The notes below the pieces were generated by a model that worked only from the letters and a program-made list of their open reading frames with translations, did not search any database and was not told where the DNA came from. The translations under genes and the position numbers were made by a program. From Leucoraja ocellata (taxonomy: Eukaryota), in the NCBI GenBank assembly GCA_036785375.1, contig JAWMAR010000081.1, positions 7,564,001-7,628,000 on the forward strand: a stretch of DNA of 64,000 nucleotides, given 5' to 3'. Every line of letters begins with the position of its first letter. The first letter of the stretch is position 1. This document shows, piece after piece, positions 36,360-49,345 of this stretch.

Positions 36360-36458
36360 CAAAGATGGACACAAAATGCTGGAGTAACTCAGCGGGACGG
36401 GCAACATCTCTGGAGAGAAGGAAAGGGTGACGTTTTGGGTTGAGTCCCTTCTTCGGAC
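36360..36458 (-). mobile_element. Single-arm Penelope pLTR micro-element
   Basis: Exact 13-bp TSD tgatatcttattg at 36347-36359 and 36459-36471. Confidence 0.88.
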
Positions 36459-36771
36459 TGATATCTTATTGTGTCTGAAGTATATTGCCTTTCTTAACCT
36501 GTCTAACACAGTTCAAATGAATCAAACTTGAAACATTTTGTCTTTTGGACTAAGTGGTGCAGGAATGGTGGTGAAGGAACCTGCGTTTGTTTAATATCTG
36601 GGGTATGGGGTAGTTGCAAACAATAATGGCTGATGGCTTTAAGTTCAGTAAACAAGCAGTTGGATACTTCAGTCCACTTTCAGTGCAACAGTTGAACCCA
36701 AAGAGGCACATACTTAAATGTTAACTGGCACTGTGGCAGTATTAGTCCAAATGACATTTGTGTCTTCATTT

Positions 36772-37824
36772 GTCCAAATAATACTCTTCTGATGTCGGAA
36801 GAGGAAATAAAGTGGACCATTGGGGCAGGGTAGAGAGGGACATATACAGTAAAAGATTTTCTTAAACATTAAGTGTTTGTTTCCTCCTCTGAGAAGGTAA
36901 GTGGTGAGATCACCATGCTGATTGAAGAGTGGCACAGTGTGGGGTCATAGTGGTGTGGTGGTAGAGTTGCTGCCTCACAGCGCCAAAGACCTAGGTTCGA
37001 TCCTGACTATCGGTGCTGTCTGTATGGAGTTTGTACATTCTCCGCATGACCTACGTGGGTTTTCACCGGGTGCTCCAGTTTCCTCCCACTTACCGAAGAC
37101 GTACAGGTTTGTAGGTTAATTGGCTTCGGTAAAAATTGTCCCTACTGCGTAAGGTAGAGCAAGTGTACGGGGATCGCAGGGCGGCATAAACTAAACTAAA
37201 CTAAAGTAAAGTAAACTAAACAAAACTAAACATTGAAACAGACATGGAAACCTAGAAAATAAGTGTAGGAGTAGGCCATTTGGCCCTTCGCGCCAGCACC
37301 ACCATTCAATATGATCATGGCTGATCATCCAAAATCAGTACCCCATTCCTGCTTTTTCCCCATAACCATTGATTCCATTAGCCCTAAGAGCTAAATCTAA
37401 CTTTCTCTTGAAAACATCCAGTGAATTAGCCTCCACTACCTCTCTTTTTCCTAACCTGATATTAATCTGCCTTCTTGTTCTTGCCACCAAAGTGGATAAT
37501 CTCACATTTATCCATATTACACTGCATCTGCCATACATCTGCCCACTCACGCAACTTATCCCAGTCACCCTGTAGCCTCATAGCATCCTCCTGGCAGCTC
37601 ACACTGCCACCCAGCTTTGTGTCATCCGCAAATTAAACTAAACTAAACTAAACTAAACTAGTCCAAATAAAACTTTTCTGATGTAGGAGGTGGAAAAACA
37701 GTTGGACCATTGGGGCAGGGTAGAGAGAACCATATTCAGTAAAAGATGTTTCTTAAACTTTGAGCGTTTGTTTCCTCCTCTAAGGTAGTAAGTGGTGAGA
37801 TCACCATGCTGATTGATGAGTGGC
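36772..37824 (+). repeat. About 160-bp direct duplication (36772-36933 and 37661-37824) flanking a V-SINE plus CR1 insert
   Basis: Shared tggaccattggggcagggtagagag...gtttgtttcctcctct...gtaagtggtgagatcaccatgctgattga; V-SINE 36934-37230 (+); CR1 about 37245-37632 (-) within its (taaac)n tail. Confidence 0.85.
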
Positions 37825-39002
37825 TATGGGAAATCATAGGACATTGGACTGCATTCAGAGACGCAAAAGCAGAAGTAAAGCTTATAAGTCTGGGGCCTCA
37901 ATGCTGTCATCCAATAGCAGAAACTAGGACTAATGCGCCGTGATTCACCTTGATCCCTCAAAAAGGTACTTCTGGGATGGTAGCGCACTTTATTTGGCTT
38001 ATCAGGTCAGAGATCATGTTCAAATTGTAAAGCAGCCAGTAAGGATACCAAAATATAAGATGAGATGCAATTGGAAGAGACAACTGAAAAGCTACTAGGA
38101 CGTTTTGAACAAAACGGGACTCTCAACAGAATAACCATCGGTGATATTTAATGCAAACACGAACAAAATGTTAGAAATAGAAAGAAAAACTAATAATGTA
38201 CGTTGCTTTTTAATTATTAGGTGAAAACTCAGCAAATGACACCTCATCTTGGACGGGAGTTCACAGGCAAATTGGCTCAACCGTGAGTTCAACGTTTTTA
38301 GATTAAGATGGAACGTTGCCAGTGGAAGGGCTTTACATGACACAAGGGCTTTCCATGATGTGATGATGTTATGGGTGGTGGTGTAATACCTGTAGCCCAG
38401 AAATAGTGGAAGTAAACTTTGTATCTGGCTCTGCCCCATCCTAGACTTAGCCTGCTGTCAAATCCTTCAAAAGCATAAACGTTTATTTTGTTGTCCCATA
38501 GGCTATAAAAATCAATAAAAGTTATAAGATTTTTTAAAAATAGTAAATGGAATTTAAAGCACTTAAAACACTTAAATCATTTGAGACGATCAAAAATGTA
38601 TAAACTAATCTCAAATAATTTAAAAAAAATGTGAATTACCTAATACTTTTTATTCCTTGCAATAAGATCTTCTCCATTCCAATAACTGGATATACTTTGC
38701 CAGCATCTCTAATGTCACTAGTTGTATTGTCACCTCTCAGTTGTTTTCTCCATCCATACTTTAATTCTTGTCCAATTACTATTTTATTGTCATTTGCGGT
38801 TCCATCTCTTTATTCATCACATTTTCTGCAATTTATCATCCCACTGACTTTCTCTCTTTCTCCGACTTCATTTCCAATTCCTGGTTATTCCTTGTCCCTG
38901 CACTTGCTTAAAACCTTTACATGGCTGACTTTTTCCTTTGAACATAAACTTATAGAACACCACAGCACATGAGGAAGCCATTCCAACTCCGATGTCATAG
39001 CA

Positions 39003-39225
39003 AAAATAGACTCAAAGTGCTGGCGTAACTCAGCGGGTCAGGCAGCATCTCTGGAGAACATGGATAGGCTATGTTCCAGGTTCCAGACCTGGCCAGTCTG
39101 ATGAAAGATCACCACCCAAAACCTTGTCTTTCCATGTTCTCCAGAGATGCTGCCTGACCCATTGAGATACTCCAGCAGTTTGTGTCTATTTTGGTATCTG
39201 CAGTTCCATGTGGCTTTGTTGTAAC
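39003..39225 (+). mobile_element. Penelope pLTR-derived hairpin micro-element (older)
   Basis: Inverted arms gggtcaggcagcatctctggagaacatgga / tccatgttctccagagatgctgcctgaccc; CTGATGA at 39098-39104. Confidence 0.8.
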
Positions 39226-41240
39226 ATCTTTTTTGAAGAACAATCCAATTTTTTTAGTTATTTAGTTTTAGAGGTAAGGCACGGAAACAGGTCCTTCGGC
39301 CCTCCAAGTCCGCGCCGACCAATGATCCCCGCGCATTTACACTATCCTACATGGACTAGGGACAATTTACAATTATTCACAATCTTTCCCACTTGCCCAC
39401 AATGTTCTTCCTTTCTGTATCAAGCATGTCCTTTTTGAAGGCTAGACTGAATATATATTCCCAACATCATGAAAATAATGATTACCCTTGACAGTTGCTG
39501 CCTGATGTGCTGAGTATTTGCAGAATGTTTTGTTTTGTTCTAGGATGCTACATGTATATGCAGGCGTCAGCCATTTTTACACTTGCTATTTGCACAAGAG
39601 CTTACTGGTTTGGAGCGCCTAATGCACGTGAGATTAGTCAGACCTGCTAAAGCATTATCTCCTTTTCAAGATTTGAAGTGTTGTCCAAGTTCATGAGATG
39701 TAACTAAAACAAAACTAGCCGTAAAAACACAGTGTTTGAATATATTCAGCAGTATCTGAGCAACAGCAGTAATGAAAAGAAGAAACACTCCCTCTTGGTA
39801 AATTGTCTGCAGGTGAGATTGAGCAATGCAGGAGCAAATATTCCCACTAACATTGCAAAATACATTTTTTTCAAATGACACTCTAACTATGGACTGAACA
39901 GACTAGATTTTAATGAACAAACATTATTAAGGCACGGACACAATTCAAAAGCACACTGTCACTCACATATAAAAAATGTGTTTGTGAACTTCTACAAATT
40001 TGCTTTGCGTTAGCCACAATTGACAGAAGTCTTATCAGTGGTGGTATTTAACAGTTACTAAATTAAAAATTCATCATGCACGAAAACCCTCAGATTCAGA
40101 TCTTTTAATAATTAATAACATTTTTCTTTGTCTCAATGGTTCTGGTTTAAACATGATTTTACCACAACAATATAATCACTGCAGAATGCATTGAGGAGTA
40201 TAAATGTTTAATAATATTTCAGATTTCCATCATAAAGACCGTGGTATCTTTATACCCACTTCACATAAGCCTGTTGTATGACATTAATGCATGAAAGTTT
40301 AATGGCTCCGTATCAAATCTCACTATCCAGTATTTTAACAAAGGCGCCATGCTATTTATTTTAAGTGGTTTATTGCGTCTCCTAAAAGCAGAGGTGAAGG
40401 GATTTGATACAGATGCATTAAGAGTTTGCAGCAAAATATCATGATTGCTTTTTTCCCAATAGATATAGCACCTCCTCAAGGTATTCTCAAGAAGCATAAG
40501 CAAAGCACTAAAGATGCCTTACAAGGAAAATATTTCATATGTTGGAATCCATGGAAAATTAGTACCCTATTAGTCACGATTTATTGAATAAGTTTAGTAC
40601 AGAATGGATAAATGGACCCTTATCGGAAGGCATTTATATTTTGAGGACTTTAAGTTTATTGACCATGTTCTAATACAGGTATAAATAGCGATTAAGCTAA
40701 CAAAACATGACAAAGCGGAAGGAAAAAAAAGTGGTAAAAGAGTCTCGCAGTGCAAAAATATGGATTTGAACAGTAATGCTTTAAATTAGATGACCCACAG
40801 TCTTGGGGATGCTGAAATTAATTTATGTGACACAGAACAGATTGAGTTGCAGAGCAGTTATTTTCATTGGGACATTTTCTGATTGTTTTCTGTGCAAAAT
40901 GAACAAAATTCAACTGTATGGAGAAAAAGCGAGATGTTCTTTTGTTGCCTGTTTTTCATCTGAGATTTTAGAATTGATTTAAACTGAATATGGAAGTTTA
41001 CCAAGACAGCATGCTCATAGTACAAGAAATGGCAATACAAAGCATTTCACTGTACCTAGGTACACGTGGCAATAAAGTATCATGGAATGATTGAAAATAC
41101 GTGGGTACCACATTGACATGAGCAAATGTAAACCTTACATGTAGAGCTGGTAATATAATTTTGTTAATCACCAGAAGAATTGTAAAGGCTTTCCATAACC
41201 ACTGTGAGATTGTTCATAGATGCATTGAAGGTCACATGAC

Positions 41241-41462
41241 ATCTCTGGAATTCTCTGCCACAGAATGTAGTTGAGGCCAGTTAATTGGCTATATTTAAGA
41301 GGGTGTTAGATGTGGCCCTTGTGGCTAAAGGGATCAGGGGGTATGGAGAGAAGGCAGGTACAGGATACTGAGTTGGATGATCAGCCATGATCATATTGAA
41401 TGGCGGTGCAGGCTCGAAGGGCCGATTGGCCTACTCCTGTACCTATTTTCTATGTTTCTATG
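41241..41462 (+). mobile_element. Young CR1 3' end
   Basis: Near-identical to 7920-8142; (tttctatg)n tail. Confidence 0.9.
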
Positions 41463-41794
41463 ACAGAAAGAAGCCTTTCGGCATTTCTTAACTGTTTGAA
41501 TAAAAAATAAATAAATATTTTGAGGCAACTGCAGTTGTGGCTTTTTGCAGTTTTGCTGAGTTTCTGATAATTCCAGTTTTTAAATAGTAAGTAATGCATT
41601 TGAATTCACAGAGTAAAAAGCAGTGGAATATGCTACTTTATGCCAATGAAAAATAATTTACGGATTGGGTCTAATTTAAAGGTTTTGGCACATTATAATC
41701 AGAACAAAATTTATTAAGATTAGACAATCATCTGGGCCAGTTGTGGATTTGTGTCCCATTTTAAAAATGCAATTGTAATCTAATTCAGAACAAC

Positions 41795-41960
41795 AGTGTA
41801 GTGCTGTATTACTGGAGGTGATGTCCTTCAGATGAACCATCGGACAAGGTGTCCATCTCCCCTTTCTTGTGGAGATAGAGGATCTCTTGGCACAATCCAA
41901 AGAATAGCCAACAGATGATAACAATAAAATAATAATTTACCTCACTGTTGTTGCTGTATC
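41795..41960 (+). mobile_element. Ancient Deu-domain SINE relic (SacSINE1/AmnSINE-like)
   Basis: gtgctgtattactggaggtgatgtccttcagatga...gtggagatagaggatctcttggcac resembles the Deu core; a similar tail relic lies at about 16565-16690. Confidence 0.5.
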
Positions 41961-42214
41961 GCTGCCCATGCGACTGCAATGAACAGATTATAAAGGTATT
42001 TGAACTATGTGGCATTTTAATGTCACAGTGAGATGCAATGGAAATAGAACAGTGGGACATAGTTCAAGAAAACACAGGAATAGGACCTTTGGCCCACAAT
42101 ATCTGTGCCGAACATAAAGCCAAGTTGAACTAATCTCCTCAGTCAGCACGTGATCCATGTCCCTCCATTCCTTGCGTATCCATGTCCTGATCAAAAAGCC
42201 CTCTTAAACACCAC

Positions 42215-43295
42215 AAACTGGAGGCCTGTGACTGGTGTTGCGCCTCAGGGTTTGGTGCTAGTTACTGTTTGTCATCGCCGTCAATGATTTGGATGAGAAC
42301 ATACATGACAAAATTAGCAAGTTTGCTAATGAAACAAAAGTGGGTGGTTTTGCAGACAGCGAAGATGCTTTGTGAAAAATTGCAGCAGGATCTTGATCGA
42401 TTGGCCAGGTGGGCTGAGAAATGGTTGATGGAATTTCATACTGTGAAATGTGAGGTGTTGCATTTTGGAAAGTATAACATGGGCAGGACCTACACAGTGA
42501 ATGATAGGGCTCTAGCGAGTGTTGTAGGGCATCGGGATCTAGGAGTGCAGGTGCATGCTTGCTTGAAGTTGGAGTCCCAGGTAGTGGTCAGAAAGGCTTT
42601 TGGCACTTTGGCCTTCATCAATCAGAGTATAGAAATTGGGAGGTCATGTTGCAGTTGTATATGGTGTTGGTGAGGCCGCATTTAGATTATTGTGTTCAGT
42701 TCTGGGCACCATGTTATAGGAAATGCTATCAAGCTGGAAAGGGTACATAAAAGATTTACAAGGATGTTGCCAGGAGTAGAGGGTCTGAGTTATAGGGAGA
42801 GGTTGAGTAGACTGGGACGCCAGCCCTTGAGGATGAGTGATGATCTTATAGAAGTGCATGAAATCATGAGAGGAAGAGATTGGGTAGATCAACAGAGCCT
42901 TTTGCCTAGTGCAGGTGAATTGAGGACCAATTAACATAACTTGAAGGTGAAGGAGAAAAGATTTAATAGGAATCTGAGGGGTAACCTTTTCACACAAAAG
43001 GCGGTGGGTGTATGGAACAAGCTGCCAGAGAAGGTAGTTGAGGCTGAGACTATCCCCATTTTCAAGAATCAAGTGAGTTAAGAGTGTTTTATTGTCATAC
43101 AGTATGTCCCAGATAGAACAATGAAATTCTTACTTACAATGTTTAAGAAACAGTTAGGCAGGTACATGGATAGGACCGGTTTGGAGGGATATGGACCAAA
43201 CGAGGGCAGATGAGACTGGTGTAGCTGGGACATGTTGGCAGGTGTGGGCAAGTTGGGCTGAGGGACCTGTTTCCACGCTGTATCACTCTAACTCT
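42215..43295 (+). mobile_element. Degraded CR1 LINE (RT C-terminal half and tail)
   Basis: LQQDLDRLARWAEKWLMEF..KCEVLHFG; [13 protein letters not shown]; frameshifted. Confidence 0.88.
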
Positions 43296-44709
43296 AGGAC
43301 CACTATTACATCTGTTTCCACCACCATGCCTGGCAGCATGTTCCAGGCATGCATCATTTCTTGTGGTCACTATTACATCCCATTCTGCAGTGATTGTAGG
43401 AGCTTTTTTCAGCTTTTCTTTGTAAAGACAAGATAATAAAAATACAAGCAATCATTCTCAATTGCCCAAAGTACACGATTTGTGTTTCCTAAGATACCAT
43501 CAATCTTTAGCTGTATATATGTAGAATTCCAGCGACACGTGGCAGCTATTTAACATGGGTTTGTGGAGTTTACTGTGACTGATTGTCTTTTTGCTTTTGT
43601 GCTTCATTAGCAATGATTTTAGATAGTCTTCAGATCTTTTAAGTGTTGGCACGGGGTAATTCTCTATCCAAATAGACTTTTTGAAAATTGTACAGGCATG
43701 TGATTTACCTGGGGAACTGACACCTGAAAAAGCTTAGTACCAAGGCAGCCATTGTTGGCTGAAGAAGGTTGGATGTCACTAGCTGAGGGATACTTGGAGG
43801 GTAGTTCGAGGATTAACGAGTACTTGGAAGCAGGAAGTCCTTTCTTTTTATTATGCACTGAAGTTCAAACTGGCTTTGTAAACTCTTAATTCAACCGATA
43901 AATCATCTACACATGGGTAATTTGAATCTGATTAGTTATAAGACATTGTTGGAAAGTGGATAACTGGTTAAACAGTTGGAAATTAAGTAGCAGTAATTTT
44001 ATATCTGTATTAATAAATCTAAACAAAAAATTGCACCATATCGAATTACAAAATAGTCATTAGTTATTTGTTTCTTGTTCTGGATGGTTAATCTGTTGTG
44101 TCTGAAAAACTGACAGGAAGGAATATTACACAAATATGGAACAAAACGCTGACCACAGAAATCACTAATTTCCTGACACCTAAGGCAATGGGATTGACAC
44201 TTACCCGGAAGGAATATAGAACATAGATCAGCACAGCACAGGAATGGTCCCTTCGGCCCACAATGTTTGTGTTGAACATGTTGCCAAGTTAAACTGACCT
44301 CTTGTCTCCTGTAAGGCAGCAACTCTACCGCTGTGCTACCATGCCGCTCATGATGAGCACATGAGGTAGTGAGGGATTGAAGGTTATATTGCGGGGTGGG
44401 ATGAAAGTTGATGAAAGAATGTTTTTCTGCCATTATCTGCAGGCAGGAAGAGGTACTTTGTGTCTGCTGGCTGTGGAATATTGGGCCAGTATTGCCTTGC
44501 AGGTCTTTGGGTTACAGTAGGTATTTTGGTTGAGTGAAAAGAATCTTGCTCAGACTCCCTGTAAACCTCCACCCCTTACTTTAATCTCATAGTACCTGTA
44601 ATTTTTTTTTACCAGCTATTCTATTAACAATGTTGTACACCTAAGCCTCTTTTGCTCTCAGGAAACCTTACCCAGCCATTTACCAGAACGATGACTAGAT
44701 CAGAGAGTA

Positions 44710-45184
44710 ACATAGAAACATAGAAATTAGGTGCAGGAGTAGGCCATTCGACCCTTCGAGCCTGCACCGCCATTTAATATGATCATGGCTGATCATCCAA
44801 CTCAGTATCCCGTACCTGCCTTCTCTCCATACCCTCTGATCCCCTTGGCCACAAGGGCCACATCTAACTCCCTCTTAAATATAGCCAATGAACTGGCCTC
44901 AACTACCCTCTGTGGCAGAGAGTTCCAGAGATTCACCACTCTCTGTGTGAAAAAAGTTCTTCTCATCTCGGTTTTAAAGGATTTCTCCCTTATCCTTAAG
45001 CTGTGACCCCTTGTCCTGGACTTCCCCAACATCGGGAACAATCTTCCTGCATCTAGCCTGTCCAACCCCTTAAGAATTTTGTAAGTTTCTATAAGATCCC
45101 CTCTCAATCTCCTAAATTCTAGAGAGTATAAACCAAGTCTATCCAGTCTTTCTTCATAAGACAGTCCTGACATCCCAGGAATCA
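44710..45184 (-). mobile_element. Young CR1 3' end inserted in an older CR1 (45190-45625, +)
   Basis: 123-aa open frame SYEERLDRLGLYSLEFRRLRGDLIETYK...; (catagaaa)n tail on +. Confidence 0.93.
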
Positions 45185-46506
45185 GTCAGTAAGAGCTACA
45201 AGGAGAGGTTGGACAGACTTGGATTGTTTTCTCTGGAATGCCAGAGAATGAGACGAGACCTGATAGAAATAAATACAATTATGAGAGACATAGATAGGAT
45301 AGACAGTCAGAACCTTTTTATCAGGATGGAAATATGAAATATTGGAGGGCATAGTTTTAAGGTGAGAGGAGCAAAGTTTAAAGGAGATGAGCAGGGCACA
45401 TATTTTACACAGAGGGTGGTAAGTGCCTGGTATGCATTGGCAGGAGTGATGGTGGAAACAGATATGATGGTGGCATTTAAGAGACTGCCAGACAGGCAAG
45501 TGGATATGCAAGAAATTAGGGATATGGATTATGTGCAGGCATAGACCAGAAAAGAGTTGGTCTTTGCATCATGTTCGGCATAGACATTTTGGGCTAAAGG
45601 GCCTATTCCTATCCTGTACTGTTCCATTCCTTCTCTTCAGAGATGCTACCTGTCCCGCTGAGTTACTCCAACATTTTGTGTCTATCTGTACTGTTCTACA
45701 TTCTATATAGACTCCTTTCTATCACCTTCTCAATTCAAGTAGGCACACTCTTGGTTTAAGCCTCAGAACAATGGCATGAACATTTTTAACTTGTAGAACC
45801 GCTGAACCACACAGTGAAAATGACTTTGCTCAAGAAGCGCACGTGTGGTGATTTGTCATTTGCAGCAAATATTGGCAGTGCTTGCATAACCTTACAGTTA
45901 CCAGGGACGGCTTTCCTGTTGATGTGGGTGTGGGCGCTCAGTATTCCTTTGTTCACAGTTTACTCATAGCGTGTTTACTCAGCTGGGTTTTTGTGCCCTG
46001 AACTCACCACTTAAATAACTTCCAAGAATCAAGAGGCAAATACAGTTGAGCAGGTATAAAATAAAAGTAAATAACTTCGCAACCAGTGGGGATTGAAACA
46101 ATTAACACCTCTTTTATACATGGAATATCGCCACATCAAGTTTCTTCAACCCACCATTTAAAATGAACGTTATTTAAGTTGAGTCATACTAATATTGACA
46201 TTTATGAATGATGCAATAAATGATCTGTGTATTATTTAAAAGATAAACTCTAAGACCTGAATGCACTTTATTTGCACACTATTTGGGAAGGGCCATTGGT
46301 GCCTTTTCATACATTTTCTAAAGCATTTTCTTGATTGTTCATTGCAGGAGGGATTTTGTTTTGCCTCTTGAACTTTACACTGGTGTTGATCATACTATGC
46401 CAAATGGGCTGGAGTTACTCATTGTCCCTTTGCTTTCAGACTTAGCCTGGTGGTGGCTAAATAAAATTCATCTGCCTCATGCTGACTTTAATTGTTCTTC
46501 ATTGAA

Positions 46507-47473
46507 TTGGAATATATGCCAAATATCTCCAAGTTTGCGGATGACACTAAGCTGGGGGGCAGTGTTAGCTGTGAGGAGGATGCTAGGAGACTGCACGGTG
46601 ACTTGGATAGGCTGGGTGAGTGGGCAAATGTTTGGCAGATGCAGTATAATGTGGATAAATGTGAGGTTATCCATTTTGGTGGCAAAAACGGGAAAGCAGA
46701 CTATTATCTAAATGGTGGCCGATTGGGAAAGGGGGAGATGCAGCGAGACCTGGGTGTCATGGTACACCAGTCATTGAAGGTAGGCATGCAGGTGCAGCAG
46801 GCAGTAAAGAAAGCGAATGGTATGTTAGCTTTCATTGCAAAAGGATTTGAGTATAGGAGCAGGGAGGTTCTACTGCAGTTGTACAGGGTCTTGGTGAGAC
46901 CACACCTGGAGTATTGCGTACAGTTTTGGTCTCCAAATCTAAGGAAGGACATTATTGCCATAGAGGGAGTGCAGAGACGGTTCACCAGACTGATTCCTGG
47001 GATGTCAGGACTGTCTTATGAAGAAAGACTGGATAGACTTGGTTTATACTCTCTAGAATTTAGGAGATTGAGAGGGGATCTTATAGAAACTTACAAAATT
47101 CTTAAGGGGTTGGACAGGCTAGATGCAGGAAGATTGTTCCCGATGTTAGGGAAGTCCAGGACAAGGGGTCACAGCTTAAGGATAAGGGGGAAATCCTTTA
47201 AAACCGAGATGAGAAGAACTTTTTTCACACAGAGAGTGGTGAGTCTCTGGAACTCTCTGCCACAGAAGGTAGTTGAGGCCAGTTCATTGGCTATATTTAA
47301 GAGGGAGTTAGATGTGGCCCTTGTGGCTAAGGGGATCAGGGGGGTATGGAGAGAAGGCAGGTATGGGATACTGAGTTGGATGATCAGCCATGATCATATT
47401 GAATGGCGGTGCAGGCTCGAAGGGCCGAATGGCCTACTCCTGCACCTAATTTCTACGTTTCTATGTTTCTATG
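46507..47473 (+). mobile_element. Young CR1 LINE, 5'-truncated in RT
   Basis: ISKFADDTKLGG...KCEVIHFG...LVRPHLEYCVQFWSP...RGDLIETYK...WNSLP; (tttctatg) tail. Confidence 0.95.
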
Positions 47474-47954
47474 AGAAGGTGGGGTTATCTGGGAGATATC
47501 TGATGCCTGAGAACCTTAATTGAAGGGCTATGATCCACAGTGTGAAAAAACATCAAGGCCTGAGGTGCAGGAGTGATATAAGCGTGGCAAGGGTGATGTG
47601 GTCCTTGATGAAGCTGTCTCCTATAAATCTCCTATAAATCCCTTCAATGTTGGGAAGGTCAGCACTTGTGATGGACTGGAGAGTGTTCACCACTTTTTGT
47701 AATCTCCTTCATTCCTGCGCATTTGAGTGCTGAACCAGGCCATGTTACACCAGTGTCATGATGATAGAGGTGAATTTCCTTAGGAGATTGAAGGAACGAA
47801 CCCAAATTAAAACCATTACATGGATAGGCCAAGTTTGGAGGGATATGGACCAAGCGCAGGCGGGTGGGACTAGTGTAGCTAGGACATGCTAGCCGAAGTG
47901 GGAAAGTAGGGCCGAAGGGCCTGTTTCCACATTGTATCACTCTATGACTCTTTG

Positions 47955-48640
47955 ACGCATTTAACTATCATCAACAACTTCTCCTGGACCACCCATATTG
48001 AGGCAACTACCAAGAAAGCACACCAACGCCTCAACTTCCGCAGAAGGCTTATGAATTTCGGCATGTCCCCCACAACTTTCACCAACTTCTACAGGTGCAC
48101 CATTGAAAGCATTTTATTAGGATACACCACAGTTTGGTTTGGGATTAGGTCCATCCAAGACCAGAAGAAATTGCAGCGAATTGTGGATGCAGCCCAGGCC
48201 ATCACACAAACCTACCTCCCTTCCATTGACTTCATTTATATCTCACGCTGCCTCAGCAAGGCCAGCAGCAGAATCAAGGATGAGTCGCACCCTGGCCACT
48301 CCCTCTTCTCCCCTCTCCCATTAGGCAAAAGGTATAGAAGTGGGAAAATGCACACCTCCAGAGTCAGGGACAGGTTCTTCCCAGCTGTTATCAGGCAACT
48401 GAATCATCCTACCACAACAGTGAGCAGTCCTGAACTACTATCTACCTTGTTGCTGACCCTCGGACTTTCCTTGATCACATTTTGCTGGCTTTAATTTGCA
48501 CTAAAATTATTCCCTTATCATGTATCTGTATACTGTGAAAGGCTCGATTGAAATCATGTATTGTCTTTCTGCTGACTGGTTAGCACACAACAAAAGCTTT
48601 TCACTGTTTCTCGGTACATGTGACAATAAACTAAACTGTA
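47955..48640 (+). mobile_element. Rex1/Babar LINE 3' portion
   Basis: KKAHQRL...LMNFGMSP..NFYRCTIESIL...DESHPGHSLFSPLP.GKRYRS...FFPAVIRQLN; gtgacaataaa tail. Confidence 0.88.
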
Positions 48641-48789
48641 AACTGCTAGATGTTGCATGTTGAAGGAGGAGGGGTTGGACAAGACCGTCTTGTCTACACA
48701 GCGACATCCACAAAATACATACTCCATTTCCCTGCTGTAAATGTAAAACATGTTATAGAATGTTCAAAAGGCAATAAGCTTGTTTTGAA

Positions 48790-48905
48790 GAAGATGGGTC
48801 TCCACCCATTCCTTCTCTCCTGAGATGCTGCTTGTCCCACTGAGTTACTCCAGCATTTTGTGTCGATCTTCGATTTTTACCAGCTTTTGCAGTTCCTTCC
48901 TACAC
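48790..48905 (+). mobile_element. Penelope pLTR micro-element
   Basis: Exact 14-bp TSD aagcttgttttgaa at 48776-48789 and 48906-48919. Confidence 0.85.
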
Positions 48906-49223
48906 AAGCTTGTTTTGAAAGCTTGCGGTGAGGTTCAAAAATAAATTGCAACTCAATTACCTAGACTCTTCAACATATTATTCTTCCCTTTCCAACATCA
49001 TGTTTTCAATTGTGTCATGTACACCATCTAACTTTTAATGAGATAGCACACCAGGTTCCATCATTGTCTTCTCCTTGCTTAGAATTTAATGGGCTCTAAA
49101 GCATGAAAACAAGCAAATTGATGCGTATCAGTGTTTATGGTGCGCACAATCATCATGCCAGCCTTTCTCTTAAACACCAGCTCCTCATCCTTCAATTTAC
49201 TTCTCCCTCCCCTGATATCATAT

Positions 49224-49345
49224 TTGCAGATGCTGGAAAATCGTAGGTAGACAAAAATGCTGGAGAAACTCAGCAGGTGAGGTAGCATCTATGGAGTGAA
49301 GGAAATGGGCAACGTTTCGGGTCGAGACCCTTCGGTCAACACCCG
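49224..49345 (-). mobile_element. Penelope pLTR micro-element
   Basis: gcagatgctggaaaatcg.aggtagacaaaaatgctggagaaactcagc...aacgtttcgggtcgagacccttc. Confidence 0.8.
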
